Shown: positions 19,568 through 29,566, counted from the stretch's first letter. The stretch: DNA of 64,000 nucleotides from an uncultured Gammaproteobacteria bacterium (GCA_964452565.1 CAYVLY010000002.1:119166-183165); one strand, 5' to 3'. Numbers and translations: made by a program. The notes: generated from the sequence alone by a model not told the origin.

Positions 19568-19858
19568 TGATCGAATCGGGGAGGTATATCCTGTGTTTTC
19601 AAGGGGTTACAGTGCACCAGGATGCACGGTTTTGCACGGAAATGCACCTGGTTGCCACCCAGTGCCACCCAGCAGATGGGAGGATGATGGTGCGATATGG
19701 AGTCGGTGGTTCTGGGTGGCAGGGTGCCACCCAGTGTATCTACAAAATGGTACTCCTTTGCGCCAATGGGCAGCCGATGGATGTCAAGATTCTGTCAAGT
19801 CGGCATGGCAGCCTCCATGGATGTCCAATCCCGTAGATCGGCATGCGAGCCTACGAGC

Positions 19859-20770
19859 ATGAAGAACATCCACGCCATTCTCGAACAGCTTCTCACGCTC
19901 GCTCCCTTCCCTCTGACCGCAGCAGACATCAGGGAAGGGCTTGCCGACCTGCAGCTCGCACTGGCCGGTCTTGCCGTTGAGGTGCTGGAGGCAGAACGAA
20001 AAGAGCTCCCACTCCGCGAGGCTGCAGAGCTGGAGCGATTTCCCCGAATGCGGCTCGTTCATCTCGCCATCTTCGATCTACTCCGTTTTGAACTCCCCAA
20101 GGAGTATAGAGAAGTGCTGCGTGAGGTCAGCGCCGACAGTCAGGAGGAACCTCTCTTCGTACGCGACATCAAGCTCGCGCTGGTGAACTGCGCCCGGGAG
20201 TCGGACAACCCGGCAGAGCGCGCTGTCAGCCGTTTCTTTCTGTTTGAGATTATTCGCCTTGGCATGGTGATTGTCGCCTGGCTGGCGGGAGGCATTGAAG
20301 CCGTAGGCGGAGACCAGCAAGACATCGACGAGTTGGCGGAATCCGAGGTGGATGAGTGGTTGAGCAGGCCTCTTCTTCCTGGCCCGATCAGAACCTTCGA
20401 CGTGATCTTTGCTGGTGCCTTGCTACGCCTCAATGGCCGCGCTGATGTGCTTGCCGAGATGATGAATGAGCTCTCCGATGAAGCTCGCAGGGCTCAACTC
20501 TTCCGAGCTGCAGTGGAGGCCAAGCTGCGTGAGATGCCCGCAGCAGAGGCCGTGCTGATCCGCAACATGGTAGCCCCAGCGCTCGACGGGCAGCACGTGA
20601 CAGTCGAACGCTTGGCAGGCCTGCACCCCATGGCGCTCGGTCAACACAAGACAGAGGCGCTCTATAAGAAGCAACAAAGGGCGTTTTTGAAGCTTCGGCA
20701 GGGCCAGGATGTGAAGAGGAGCAATCCAGCCCTCTTTGACATGATTCGTGAAATGACCAAGGAAGGATAG
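19859..20770 (+). CDS. Hypothetical alpha-helical protein
   Basis: Long ORF, first of three co-oriented genes. Confidence 0.65.
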   Translation: MKNIHAILEQLLTLAPFPLTAADIREGLADLQLALAGLAVEVLEAERKELPLREAAELERFPRMRLVHLAIFDLLRFELPKEYREVLREVSADSQEEPLFVRDIKLALVNCARESDNPAERAVSRFFLFEIIRLGMVIVAWLAGGIEAVGGDQQDIDELAESEVDEWLSRPLLPGPIRTFDVIFAGALLRLNGRADVLAEMMNELSDEARRAQLFRAAVEAKLREMPAAEAVLIRNMVAPALDGQHVTVERLAGLHPMALGQHKTEALYKKQQRAFLKLRQGQDVKRSNPALFDMIREMTKEG

Positions 20771-20781
20771 CAGAACATCCC

Positions 20782-21213
20782 ATGACTTATGCGATCGCTA
20801 CATATGACTGGCAAAACGTGCTTGATGCGCTTGACGGACACGAACCAGGCTCCATCCTCCGCCTATCCAAGCGCTCCGTACCACATCCGCTCGACCAGGG
20901 GGCCAGAGAATCTGTAGGGCTGCCTCAAGGCCAGTCGGCTGACTACCGCTGGGAGCTTGAGAGTGGAGAGAGCCTGCATGTCAGGGATTTCGGCACGCAT
21001 TATGAAGCCCACATTGACCTCGTTGACCCTGCGGTCGATCTGCTGGCTCATCTGGCGAACGATGCCCCTGGAACAATGATCACGGGTAGTGCGGCTGGTG
21101 GCGCGTTGATCGGGACGGCAGTGGCTCGCACTGCGGCTGGCGCGCTTGTCGGAGGACTTGTTGGTGGGCTCGTAGGAGCTCTGGGAGTCGCTCTGCTCAC
21201 CCAGGATGACTAA
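20782..21213 (+). CDS. Hypothetical protein with C-terminal glycine-zipper membrane segment
   Basis: GSAAGGALIG..AAGALVGGLVGGLVGALG. Confidence 0.7.
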   Translation: MTYAIATYDWQNVLDALDGHEPGSILRLSKRSVPHPLDQGARESVGLPQGQSADYRWELESGESLHVRDFGTHYEAHIDLVDPAVDLLAHLANDAPGTMITGSAAGGALIGTAVARTAAGALVGGLVGGLVGALGVALLTQDD

Positions 21214-21244
21214 AACCAGAAAAGGAACACATGGAGGAGAGAAA

Positions 21245-21484
21245 ATGCGCCGCAAACGCATTCATCGATCACGAATTCCCGAAAAAACTGCCGGCCGCGT
21301 CTACAGTGGCGCAGAGTGGGCCGCAGCTCGACGCGGGCACAGGAACCGTACTCGGTACTCGGGAATTGGAGGACTGGTTGGAGGAATTCTGGGCTCCTTC
21401 GGGGGTCTCTGGGGAGCTGCGGCAGGAGCTGCAATTGGAGCTGGTATCGGAGCGGCTATCGGTGACGAAGTTGACAGTGGTTGA
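21245..21484 (+). CDS. Small glycine-zipper membrane protein
   Basis: GGAGGAG SD; GGLVGGILGSFGGLWGAAAGAAIGAGIGAAIG. Confidence 0.6.
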   Translation: MRRKRIHRSRIPEKTAGRVYSGAEWAAARRGHRNRTRYSGIGGLVGGILGSFGGLWGAAAGAAIGAGIGAAIGDEVDSG

Positions 21485-21760
21485 AAGTCATTATCCTTCC
21501 GGGACCGATGACAAAGGACGTGTAGAGCTTCCCCAGCACTCACACTAATTAAACCGATCCCTTGATCCTCCGAGGAGGCTCACCCTTCTTCTTTATTTCA
21601 CAGGGTGTATTTTACAACCGAAATATTCTCGTGCTCTTGAGATAACCAGAGGGGGAAAGAGAGCCATTTACATGTGGTGTATTAGGCGGCGATGCCTTTA
21701 CTTATTCCACGGTCTCGGCTACGGTGCGAGGTAGAGAATCCTCCCATAGGAGCACTTTCT

Positions 21761-23758
21761 ATGCCGAATCAGATTCGAACTCTGCCAGACGGCAAGATAT
21801 GCGATTTCATTGATGGAACTATCCGTAACGACACGCCGGAGGAATACGTTAGGCAGAATATTGAGAAACGCCTCGTCTTGGAGCTTGGGTATTCACTTGG
21901 CCAGATAGCTGTCGAATTTCCTATTCGCATCGGTAGCCGACGGGCACGGATTGACCTTGCCGTATTCCCGGAAGATGCCGCTCACACACAAGACAACGTG
22001 CATGTCATTGTTGAGTGCAAGCGAGAGTCAGTAGAGCCCACCGATCACAAGAACGGCGTTGAGCAACTCAAGTCCTACATGTCGGCTTGCCCCAACGCTG
22101 CTTGGGGGATGTGGACAAATGGCCGATACAAAGATGTGATTCGAAAGACCGTCTCTGACGGCAGCATCGAGTGGGAATCCCCGAATGATATCCCCGCCAA
22201 GGATGGGGATACAGACCGGTTGGACATGCCGTCCCGTGAAGATCTCACTAACGCAACGGACGACAACCTTCTCTTCTCTTTCAAGACATGTCACAATCAC
22301 ATCTATGTTACCGACGGGCTCCAGAAGCAACCCGCCTTCTTTGAGCTTTTAAAGGTGATCTTCTGTAAGATCCACGACGAGCGAAACGTACCTCATGCCC
22401 TTGAGTTCTACGCAACGGCCGCCGAAAAGGCGAGCAATGATGGTCGGCTGACAGTGGCGCGACGCATCGGCAGAATCTTCGATCGAGTGAAGGCGCGATA
22501 CCCAGCCATCTTTGACGGTGGAGACACAATTGCACTGGAACCACGGTCACTTGCCTATGTAGTTGGCGAGCTACACAAGTACAGCTTCCTGACTACAAAC
22601 ATCGACGTGAAAGGCAAGGCGTATGAAGAGTTAGTCGGTGCGAACTTGCGTGGAGACCGCGGAGAATTCTTCACGCCGCGCAATGTGCAGCGCATGGTTA
22701 TCGAAATGCTTGATGTACAGGTCGATGAGCGTGTTCTTGATCCCGCGTGTGGTACAGGTGGTTTCCTTGTCATTGCAATGAAATTGATAATCGATCAACT
22801 TCGAGAAAAGGCAGGATTCTATGCAGATGAGATGGTCAATCCGGCTGTCTTGCACGCCGTCGACCTGCGCGTGCGAGAGCTTGCAAGGTCTTGTTTCTTT
22901 GGTTTCGACATAAACCCCGACCTCGTCAAGGCGACCAAGATGAACATGGTCATGAACAACGATGGGTCGGGTAACATCTTCAGAGAAAACAGTTTATTGC
23001 ATCCACACCAGTGGTCTGACGGTTTCAAACAGGAACTCGCAGACGCGCTCGGGAAAAAGCCTCTTTCTCTGCGTGGGCCAGGCCACCTTGGTTATTTTGA
23101 CGTCATCGCTACGAATCCCCCTTTTGGCGCCAGACTGCCCATCAAGGACCGCGAAACATTGAGTCAATACGATCTTGGCTATGTGTGGACCGAGACGAAA
23201 ACCGGTTGGCAGAAAACACGCAAACTCCAGTCGTCCATGCCGCCTGAAGTTCTCTTTATCGAACGATGCTGGCAGTTTCTCAAACCTGGCGGCCGAATGG
23301 GCATCGTTTTGCCAGATTCCATTCTGGGCGCGCCTGGACAGCGTTTTGTTCGAGAGTGGATACTTCGCCACTGTCGGCTGATTGCCTCGGTCGATCTTCA
23401 TCCAGATACTTTTCAGCCACGCAACAGCACACACACGTCAGTTCTTGTGCTACAGCGAAAGACTGAAGATGAAATCCGTCGAGAGGAGAAACAAGGGCAG
23501 CTCAACGACTACTCGATCTTCATGGCTCAAGCGAAGGCGATTGGTCACGATAGACGAGGAAAGACTATTTATCGTCGAAATGAAGATGGGGAGATTGTGC
23601 TGGTGCCGCCCCCAGGTTCGGTTTCTACGTTGGAACGTACAGCGGACGGTTCTCCAGTCAGCCGTCCTCTACCAAGGCAGAAAATCAAGGACGATGATTG
23701 TCCTTTCATCTCTCAAGAGTTTCGTACCTGGAAGAAGACGGAGGTACTTGGCTGGTGA
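21761..23758 (+). CDS. Restriction-modification fusion: HsdR_N-type nuclease domain plus N6-adenine methyltransferase
   Basis: TPEEYVRQ, IDLAVF..IVECK, QLKSY; GEFFTPR, DPACGTGGF, TNPPFG. Confidence 0.9.
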   Translation: MPNQIRTLPDGKICDFIDGTIRNDTPEEYVRQNIEKRLVLELGYSLGQIAVEFPIRIGSRRARIDLAVFPEDAAHTQDNVHVIVECKRESVEPTDHKNGVEQLKSYMSACPNAAWGMWTNGRYKDVIRKTVSDGSIEWESPNDIPAKDGDTDRLDMPSREDLTNATDDNLLFSFKTCHNHIYVTDGLQKQPAFFELLKVIFCKIHDERNVPHALEFYATAAEKASNDGRLTVARRIGRIFDRVKARYPAIFDGGDTIALEPRSLAYVVGELHKYSFLTTNIDVKGKAYEELVGANLRGDRGEFFTPRNVQRMVIEMLDVQVDERVLDPACGTGGFLVIAMKLIIDQLREKAGFYADEMVNPAVLHAVDLRVRELARSCFFGFDINPDLVKATKMNMVMNNDGSGNIFRENSLLHPHQWSDGFKQELADALGKKPLSLRGPGHLGYFDVIATNPPFGARLPIKDRETLSQYDLGYVWTETKTGWQKTRKLQSSMPPEVLFIERCWQFLKPGGRMGIVLPDSILGAPGQRFVREWILRHCRLIASVDLHPDTFQPRNSTHTSVLVLQRKTEDEIRREEKQGQLNDYSIFMAQAKAIGHDRRGKTIYRRNEDGEIVLVPPPGSVSTLERTADGSPVSRPLPRQKIKDDDCPFISQEFRTWKKTEVLGW

Positions 23759-25479
23759 GACCTCAATTTGCCCCAAACACGTCGGAGATTCCAGCAAGGC
23801 CCCGTAGGGACTCTATTGCCACAACGGTTTCACTCAAAGAAGTCGTCACCCAAGGAACACGGTTTGACGCTTCAGCGTACGACATAGAATCACGCAATAC
23901 GCTCACAACGATTGAGTCGTGTGGGCTATGTGTCCTGCCGTTGTTCGGCTCGAAAGGCCTCTGCAAGGAAGCACACAATGCCTTCCGCTTCAGGCGAGTT
24001 TTTGCTTCAGAACAAGGGCTACCGTTCCTGACCAGCGCTGACATCATCAAGATGCGACTGGACTATCGTCGTCATTTGAGTCGATCGCAGACTCCACGAG
24101 TGCGAGAGCTTCTTCTTCAGAAGTGGGATGTCTTAATTTCTTGTTCGGGAACCATTGGAAACGTCGCGCTGGCGGGTCCGGCGGTCGAAGGGTTTGCAGC
24201 GTCACAAGATATCATTCGGCTTCGTGCGACAAATAGTGACATTGCAGGTTACGTTGCGGCTTTCCTGCGTTCTCGCTATGGGAGAGGACTGATTGCGAAT
24301 GCGACCTATGGATCGGTAATAACGCACATTGAACCAGATCACCTATCCAGGATTCCCATCCCTGTACCACGTCCACACCTCATGAACGTCGTTGGCACGC
24401 AGATGAGAGAAGCCGTGCTACTGCGTGAACGAGCAAATCGGCTTCTCGATGACGCGGAAGCCGCCCTGTACGATGTTCTCGGCTTCGAGAGGCTTGATAC
24501 CCGGCACATGCGATCTACCACCATTCGCGCTCGGGAGCTCAATGGCCGCTTCGATGCCAGATACCACGAGCCAGTTGCTATTGCTGCTCTGCGGGATTTG
24601 GAGACATGCCGTTATCCGATATCGACAATTGGCGATGGCGCTGTATGTACTGAGATCCGGCAGGTCACGAGGTTTCGTAAGCGCGTATATGTTGAACGAG
24701 GTGGAATTCCTCTCCTAACAACGCGGCAGCTATTCCAGTACGACCCAGTCAAGATAAGTCACCTTGCAAAAGGCGCGCACGAAAAAGACCTCAAAGAAAT
24801 CGCGCTTGCGCCGAACATGGTAACTGTGAACTGCTCTGGTCGACTCGGCCGAGTGCAGGCAGGCACGCTCGGGCGTGTGCAGATTATCCCCAGATATATG
24901 TCGGAGTGGACTACTTCTCAACATGCACTGCGGCTTGTCGCTGCGCCTGACCTCAACGCAGGCTATCTCTATGCCTGGCTTGCCTCGGCCCACGGCCTTC
25001 GTGTCATTACGCGCCATGCATATGGCTCCGTAGTCGTTCACATTAACCGTCACATGATGGCCGAGGTTCCAATACCTCTCCCAACAAGGGAGAAGCGCAA
25101 CATGATTGGCGATCTTGTACTTCTGGCAAACCGACTGCGCGATGAAGCCTGGCGAAGGGAGCAAACTGCTATCCGGCAAGTTGAGGCTCTCATAGCCCTC
25201 CCCCCAGCTGAACATGATCCGATGGGATTTCGGATGGCTCAACTGGAGGCGGAGGCGAGTGGCGTTTATGCGCAGATAGAAAGTTCGTCTGACGAGCAAG
25301 AGGCATCCCGTCTACGCAGGAGACTTCGGCATCTACAACAAGAGCAGTCGGACCTGATGCAACAGGTCTTCTCCAGCCAGTTCTCACTTCCCCCAGAAGT
25401 TGGAGAGGATGTTATCGCCCTTGCTGACCGAGTACTGCGGGAGTATCGTGCTACTACCACCACGGCTTCAACCAAGTGA
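23755..25479 (+). CDS. hsdS: HsdS-like specificity subunit with an extra C-terminal helical domain
   Basis: Two TRD repeats (RFDA, DVLISCSGTIG / VTVNCSGRLG, YGSV..HI..IP.P); about 90 extra residues after the second coiled coil. Confidence 0.85.
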   Translation: MRPQFAPNTSEIPARPRRDSIATTVSLKEVVTQGTRFDASAYDIESRNTLTTIESCGLCVLPLFGSKGLCKEAHNAFRFRRVFASEQGLPFLTSADIIKMRLDYRRHLSRSQTPRVRELLLQKWDVLISCSGTIGNVALAGPAVEGFAASQDIIRLRATNSDIAGYVAAFLRSRYGRGLIANATYGSVITHIEPDHLSRIPIPVPRPHLMNVVGTQMREAVLLRERANRLLDDAEAALYDVLGFERLDTRHMRSTTIRARELNGRFDARYHEPVAIAALRDLETCRYPISTIGDGAVCTEIRQVTRFRKRVYVERGGIPLLTTRQLFQYDPVKISHLAKGAHEKDLKEIALAPNMVTVNCSGRLGRVQAGTLGRVQIIPRYMSEWTTSQHALRLVAAPDLNAGYLYAWLASAHGLRVITRHAYGSVVVHINRHMMAEVPIPLPTREKRNMIGDLVLLANRLRDEAWRREQTAIRQVEALIALPPAEHDPMGFRMAQLEAEASGVYAQIESSSDEQEASRLRRRLRHLQQEQSDLMQQVFSSQFSLPPEVGEDVIALADRVLREYRATTTTASTK

Positions 25480-26209
25480 TGTACCTCTTGAGCGCCGACA
25501 CTCACCCCGCCCACTTCGAGGAGAGTATGGGTATAGAGGGTATCGACCATGTATACGCTGGGATTTTGGTTTCACCTGCGCGATATGCCTTCTCCACGAA
25601 GCAGACTTCGTTGCTATTGGAATAGAGGGTACGGGGCTAACATCTATTGAGCATATTGAGGCGAGGAGTCACGACCAAGACCTCGTCAATGAATATTCCA
25701 ATCTTCTATATGCCTGTCGTTTCTGCAATACTGCACGGTCAAACCGTGGAAGATCTGCTCTGGATGGAGCGCAACTTCTGGACCCTACAGAAGCGGCCTG
25801 GGAGAACCACTTTTACATAGCTGCAGACGAACTTCGCCCGAAGCATGGAGATCACTCGGCGCAATACACGGCTGACTGCTACGATATTAAAGAACCGCGT
25901 AAAACAACTCTGCGCCGGCTCCGAAGGGAGCACGTCCAGTACTCACAGCGAGTGCTTGAAGCCGCGCCAGGACGTATTGCAGAGCTTAATAACGCCTTGG
26001 CAGACGATTCGATTTCGCCCTCATCTTCGCTCTACCTTCTCCTGAAGAACACGCTGGACGATTTGAAGGTCGAGTATGAGCGCATCATGACAGAGATTCT
26101 TCGCTACTGCGCAATACCGCTTGATGCGGACGACATCTGCCGTTGCGAGGGCGAGGGCAATCGAGCATTGCCGCCATTTATCGCGAGTCAAGTTTGGCAG
26201 ATAGGTTGA
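25448..26209 (+). CDS. HNH endonuclease
   Basis: DFGFTCAIC, IEHIEARS, YSNLLYACRFCN, LLDP; start uncertain, overlaps the end of hsdS. Confidence 0.85.
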   Translation: MLLPPRLQPSDVPLERRHSPRPLRGEYGYRGYRPCIRWDFGFTCAICLLHEADFVAIGIEGTGLTSIEHIEARSHDQDLVNEYSNLLYACRFCNTARSNRGRSALDGAQLLDPTEAAWENHFYIAADELRPKHGDHSAQYTADCYDIKEPRKTTLRRLRREHVQYSQRVLEAAPGRIAELNNALADDSISPSSSLYLLLKNTLDDLKVEYERIMTEILRYCAIPLDADDICRCEGEGNRALPPFIASQVWQIG

Positions 26210-26269
26210 GCTTCATGCACGTCGGTGGCGTGGGTGCCCCCATAAGAGAAAACACCCAACAGAAAGTAG

Positions 26270-27406
26270 CTACTGCGGCATTTTGGGCAAAGGCGCCGGA
26301 AAGTGAGGCCATGATATCCATCTGTTGAAGATGGTTTGTCTGAAAAACTCACATATGTTGGTCTGGGTACGAGAATCAATGCGTTCCCAGGCAGAAGGCG
26401 CAATCGCGAAGTTCTCCGTGTATCTTAATACAAGTTCCCAAATTCCCTCCAAGAAGGCAACATCATCATTGCGGCGAAACACTGAATTGACCAGTTCCCC
26501 GGCTGTACGCCTATGGTCACGAGAGTACGAGCAGGACACCAGGGCTCCGCTGTCGGTGAAAGAAATATCAACGGTAGCCCAGGGAAGATTCGTCTGGTCT
26601 CCTTTCTTTGCGTGAATCCTATTTCCAACAGCGTCGAAATGTGGAGTGAAGAACCCGTTCACAGCAAATCCGGGACGTGAGATGTGCCTCCACCGCACAG
26701 CAAGTGCGCGATCTACATGATGATTCAATATGCAACGGTCAAAAGCCTCCTTCACTCGGATAATCCCCTGCATCCCCAGTTGCACACCATAGGACTGGAT
26801 CATTGACAACGTCTGTAGTTCCAAGGACGTGCTTGTGTCTTTTACAATCTTCTTGGTAATGGAAATTGCGTGTTCGAGTGCCCGTTGCTTCTCCCACGCC
26901 TCCCGCAATATTGCCCGATATGCCAAGAGGACGAGTTGGTGCTCGGTCGGATGCTGGAGTTCTTCGGTGTCGATACTTCTGAAGAGTGACGCATCGTGTT
27001 CGGCACACAGGGCGTGAAAAATGCTTGCGTGGCGCGAAATGCCGACAGGCTTGCCACGTATTTCTAGGTGGTTGTCGAGATCTTGCGTCATATCCATCAC
27101 AACAACATGCCCGGTGCCCTCTGAAAGAGGCGTCAAGGTGCGCTTTCGCTGCAGCGAATGACTGCGGATGGGTGTTCTCGGACAGGCCACAGGACCAGGA
27201 GCGAGGCAACGAGGAATCGGTTTGCTTTTTAGCGTCTTAAAGAGAACTGCTTTCAATCCGCGCATCACAGAATCGGGACGCAGCAACTGATCGGAGTTCG
27301 GCATTTGCCGTATTTCGTTGATGCTGAATCCCAAGTCTCCTTGGGCGCTCCTCCAAAGCATCTCGTGAAGGAGGGCAGGGTCGAGTTCCCGACGATCAGT
27401 CATCAC
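26270..27406 (-). CDS. Hypothetical protein with Cys/His (HNH-like zinc) motifs
   Basis: C..C..IRSHSLQ and ASIFHALCAEHDASLF motifs, as in SEC-C-associated island proteins. Confidence 0.6.
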   Translation of the reverse strand: MMTDRRELDPALLHEMLWRSAQGDLGFSINEIRQMPNSDQLLRPDSVMRGLKAVLFKTLKSKPIPRCLAPGPVACPRTPIRSHSLQRKRTLTPLSEGTGHVVVMDMTQDLDNHLEIRGKPVGISRHASIFHALCAEHDASLFRSIDTEELQHPTEHQLVLLAYRAILREAWEKQRALEHAISITKKIVKDTSTSLELQTLSMIQSYGVQLGMQGIIRVKEAFDRCILNHHVDRALAVRWRHISRPGFAVNGFFTPHFDAVGNRIHAKKGDQTNLPWATVDISFTDSGALVSCSYSRDHRRTAGELVNSVFRRNDDVAFLEGIWELVLRYTENFAIAPSAWERIDSRTQTNICEFFRQTIFNRWISWPHFPAPLPKMPQ

Positions 27407-27623
27407 CTGTACCTTCTTGACGATTCACACATGAACAGCACCAAGCACTGAACGGAAGAGAACCTCGAGAAATAGACTCTATTGCCGAAGGGCCTCACCA
27501 CCTGTTTGGGCCGTGCTTGCGGATCGGGTGAAGAGATATCCTTCGGACATTTTTTCTGCAGCTGTCGAGTTTCATACCCCCCTGCACAGAAGCAGCTCGC
27601 CCTCAACGCGGGCTGCTACCCCC

Positions 27624-28325
27624 CTACTCATCATCGGAAGAGCCGAAACCGGGCATCCTGCTCTGCAACTTCTGCTGGAGTTCTTCGCACTTGAGCTTCA
27701 TGCCAATGACGGCCTGGTGGAGCTTCTCGGCGTCGTCCTCATCCAGTTCTTCGACCTTCTCCAGTTCGCCGAAAGCTTCGGAATCGTCGGCCAGCATCTT
27801 GGAGAAACGGTTAATGGTCTTCACGAATGCCGGGAGTGCTGGACGGCCCCTCTTGCCGGCGGCCTTTGCCCTGATGGCCTTCGCCTTCTTTTCGACCGCC
27901 TGGACCTGCCAGCCCTTCTTCTCGGCCTGCTCCAGAAGCCGCCTCTGGTCCTTCTCCTTGAGCCCGATCACGGCGTAGAAGTGCCCGACCTGCAGGTGCT
28001 TCCATTTCGTGACACCGATCTTGTCGCACATCTCGTAGACAGAGACTGCGCGGAAGAGGTTCGCAGCACTCAAGTCGCAGTCTCTGCGCTCGGCCAGTTT
28101 CCTGAACGACGCGTCCTTCTTGCCCCGATCTCGCCAAGCCGCGAGTTCACCGCCGTAGAAATTATCGACGATGATCTTGCCGACATTGAGCGCCATCTCG
28201 AACAGGGATGCTCTCGTCACTTCGTTGATGTCAGCAACGACTTGATCGATGACCTCATCATCGACAGGAGCGGGCAGAACGTCATCCGGGCTGGTCAGCG
28301 CTGTCTCTTCTTTCTCGTCGGCCAT
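27624..28325 (-). CDS. ParB/DUF1016-N-like DNA-binding protein lacking the ParB CTPase domain
   Basis: SFRKLAE..LSAANLFRAV HTH, then LQVGHFYAVIGL..DQRRLLEQAEKKGWQVQAVEKKAK resembling the ParB/Spo0J DNA-binding domain; C-terminal coiled coil; no GxRRxxA box. Confidence 0.6.
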   Translation of the reverse strand: MADEKEETALTSPDDVLPAPVDDEVIDQVVADINEVTRASLFEMALNVGKIIVDNFYGGELAAWRDRGKKDASFRKLAERRDCDLSAANLFRAVSVYEMCDKIGVTKWKHLQVGHFYAVIGLKEKDQRRLLEQAEKKGWQVQAVEKKAKAIRAKAAGKRGRPALPAFVKTINRFSKMLADDSEAFGELEKVEELDEDDAEKLHQAVIGMKLKCEELQQKLQSRMPGFGSSDDE

Positions 28326-28413
28326 TTCGTACCTCTGCACAAGGGAACGCTCTTTATTAAGCACGAATCACGAGTGAGTGCAAGTGAATTTCTAACACCA
28401 GACTCCTCTGGTT

Positions 28414-28435
28414 GGTGTTTCAGGCCTGAAACACC
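28414..28435. repeat. 22-bp palindrome copy 2
   Basis: Exact match; about 90 bp upstream of the ParB-like gene. Confidence 0.95.
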
Positions 28436-28588
28436 GCACGAAGAGCCCACACGCATGGACGCCGCCTCTACCTCACATACGCCTGGTGATGGCGATATTC
28501 ACGCTCTCCAGTCGCAAAAACACGCCGTCGAACCTACGCCAACGATGGCGGTGGCTACGGCGTGCACGGCGCTGCGAGCTGGCGGGAA

Positions 28589-29371
28589 CTACTCGGCCTC
28601 GTCCCCGACGACGGTGATCGATTCGATCTCCAGGCTGTTCTGCCAGGGGAAGGCGCCTGTGGAGGTGGTGGCGCGCATGACCACCTTGTCCGACATGATG
28701 CCAGTAATCTCCACCAGGTCGTTCAACTGTAGAGCTCTGACCGACTCGGTGACCTCGGGACTTGACTCGTGCACCGCCCCGATGACCGACGTGTAGATGG
28801 GGCACGCATCGTCGAAGGTGTAGCCCTCTTCCTTGAGGGGGAAGATGGACCAGTGGGCATCCTGGAGGATGTACCCAGAGGTGGGGCAGACGCCACCGAA
28901 AACAGCTCTGACAGTCACTCGGCCGAGGTGGTAGCCGCTGGATGAGCTTTCGAGCTGCTGGAAGGTCACCTCACCCGTCTCGTGGATACGGGAGGAGTGC
29001 GTGTCAGAGGTAAGTTTCTTCGCACGGCTGGCCTTAACAGATGCTGGGATGATGAATGCGAGTCCCACACCACCCACAACTCCACTGAGCACTGTCTGGC
29101 GGGTGTCCTCGTCCATGACGTTGACCACGAGCCCCGTCGTACCCACAGCGAGCAATCCCAGACCGATGCCGATGGAGGTAGCAGGGCGAGAGGCCACCAG
29201 GCCGGAGGACCGGGGCGGAACGCTCGGGACTACTTGAGAGGAACGGGCCGTAGGCTGAAGAAGTAGATGCTCGGGAGCCCGTCTCGGAATGTCGAAGTCC
29301 GAGGGCTCGACCTCACCTGCCAGCGCTGATGGCGCCAGTAGGGAGAGCAGGAGGATCGCAGGGATTTTCAA
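28589..29371 (-). CDS. Exported/membrane protein with possible OB-fold C-terminus
   Basis: Signal peptide MKIPAILLLSLLAPSALA, two TM segments, GYILQD...VEITG. Confidence 0.6.
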   Translation of the reverse strand: MKIPAILLLSLLAPSALAGEVEPSDFDIPRRAPEHLLLQPTARSSQVVPSVPPRSSGLVASRPATSIGIGLGLLAVGTTGLVVNVMDEDTRQTVLSGVVGGVGLAFIIPASVKASRAKKLTSDTHSSRIHETGEVTFQQLESSSSGYHLGRVTVRAVFGGVCPTSGYILQDAHWSIFPLKEEGYTFDDACPIYTSVIGAVHESSPEVTESVRALQLNDLVEITGIMSDKVVMRATTSTGAFPWQNSLEIESITVVGDEAE

Positions 29372-29566
29372 GGGCAGCTCCTTGTGTTCGTGGGAAGCCT
29401 GGACAGATAGACCAAGCTGTGGTGAAGTGCGCGAAAGCGCAGGAAACAGACTGATTCTGGCGATATTGGCCGTGTCAGTCCCAACTACGCAGAATGATAT
29501 AAACTGCGAAGTTCAAAGGGGAGGAAGGACGGCAAGGGCACGGCACCCTGCCGATGAATCTGGCCC

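Larger units (their letters stand above)
19369..19732. repeat. attP-like region: eight TGCCACCC arm repeats and four 10-bp-phased TGCAC repeats around the tRNA core
   Basis: TGCCACCC at 19369, 19380, 19431, 19444, 19653, 19663, 19714 (inverted) and 19725; TGCAC at 19613, 19623, 19633 and 19643. Confidence 0.85.

Noticed and set aside
19369-19732. CRISPR array
   Set aside because: The repeats are 8 bp, paired and partly inverted, without regular spacers. No cas genes or true arrays were seen anywhere in the window.
27513-28796. 427-aa plus-strand ORF
   Set aside because: Antisense to two better-supported genes and has no recognisable motifs.
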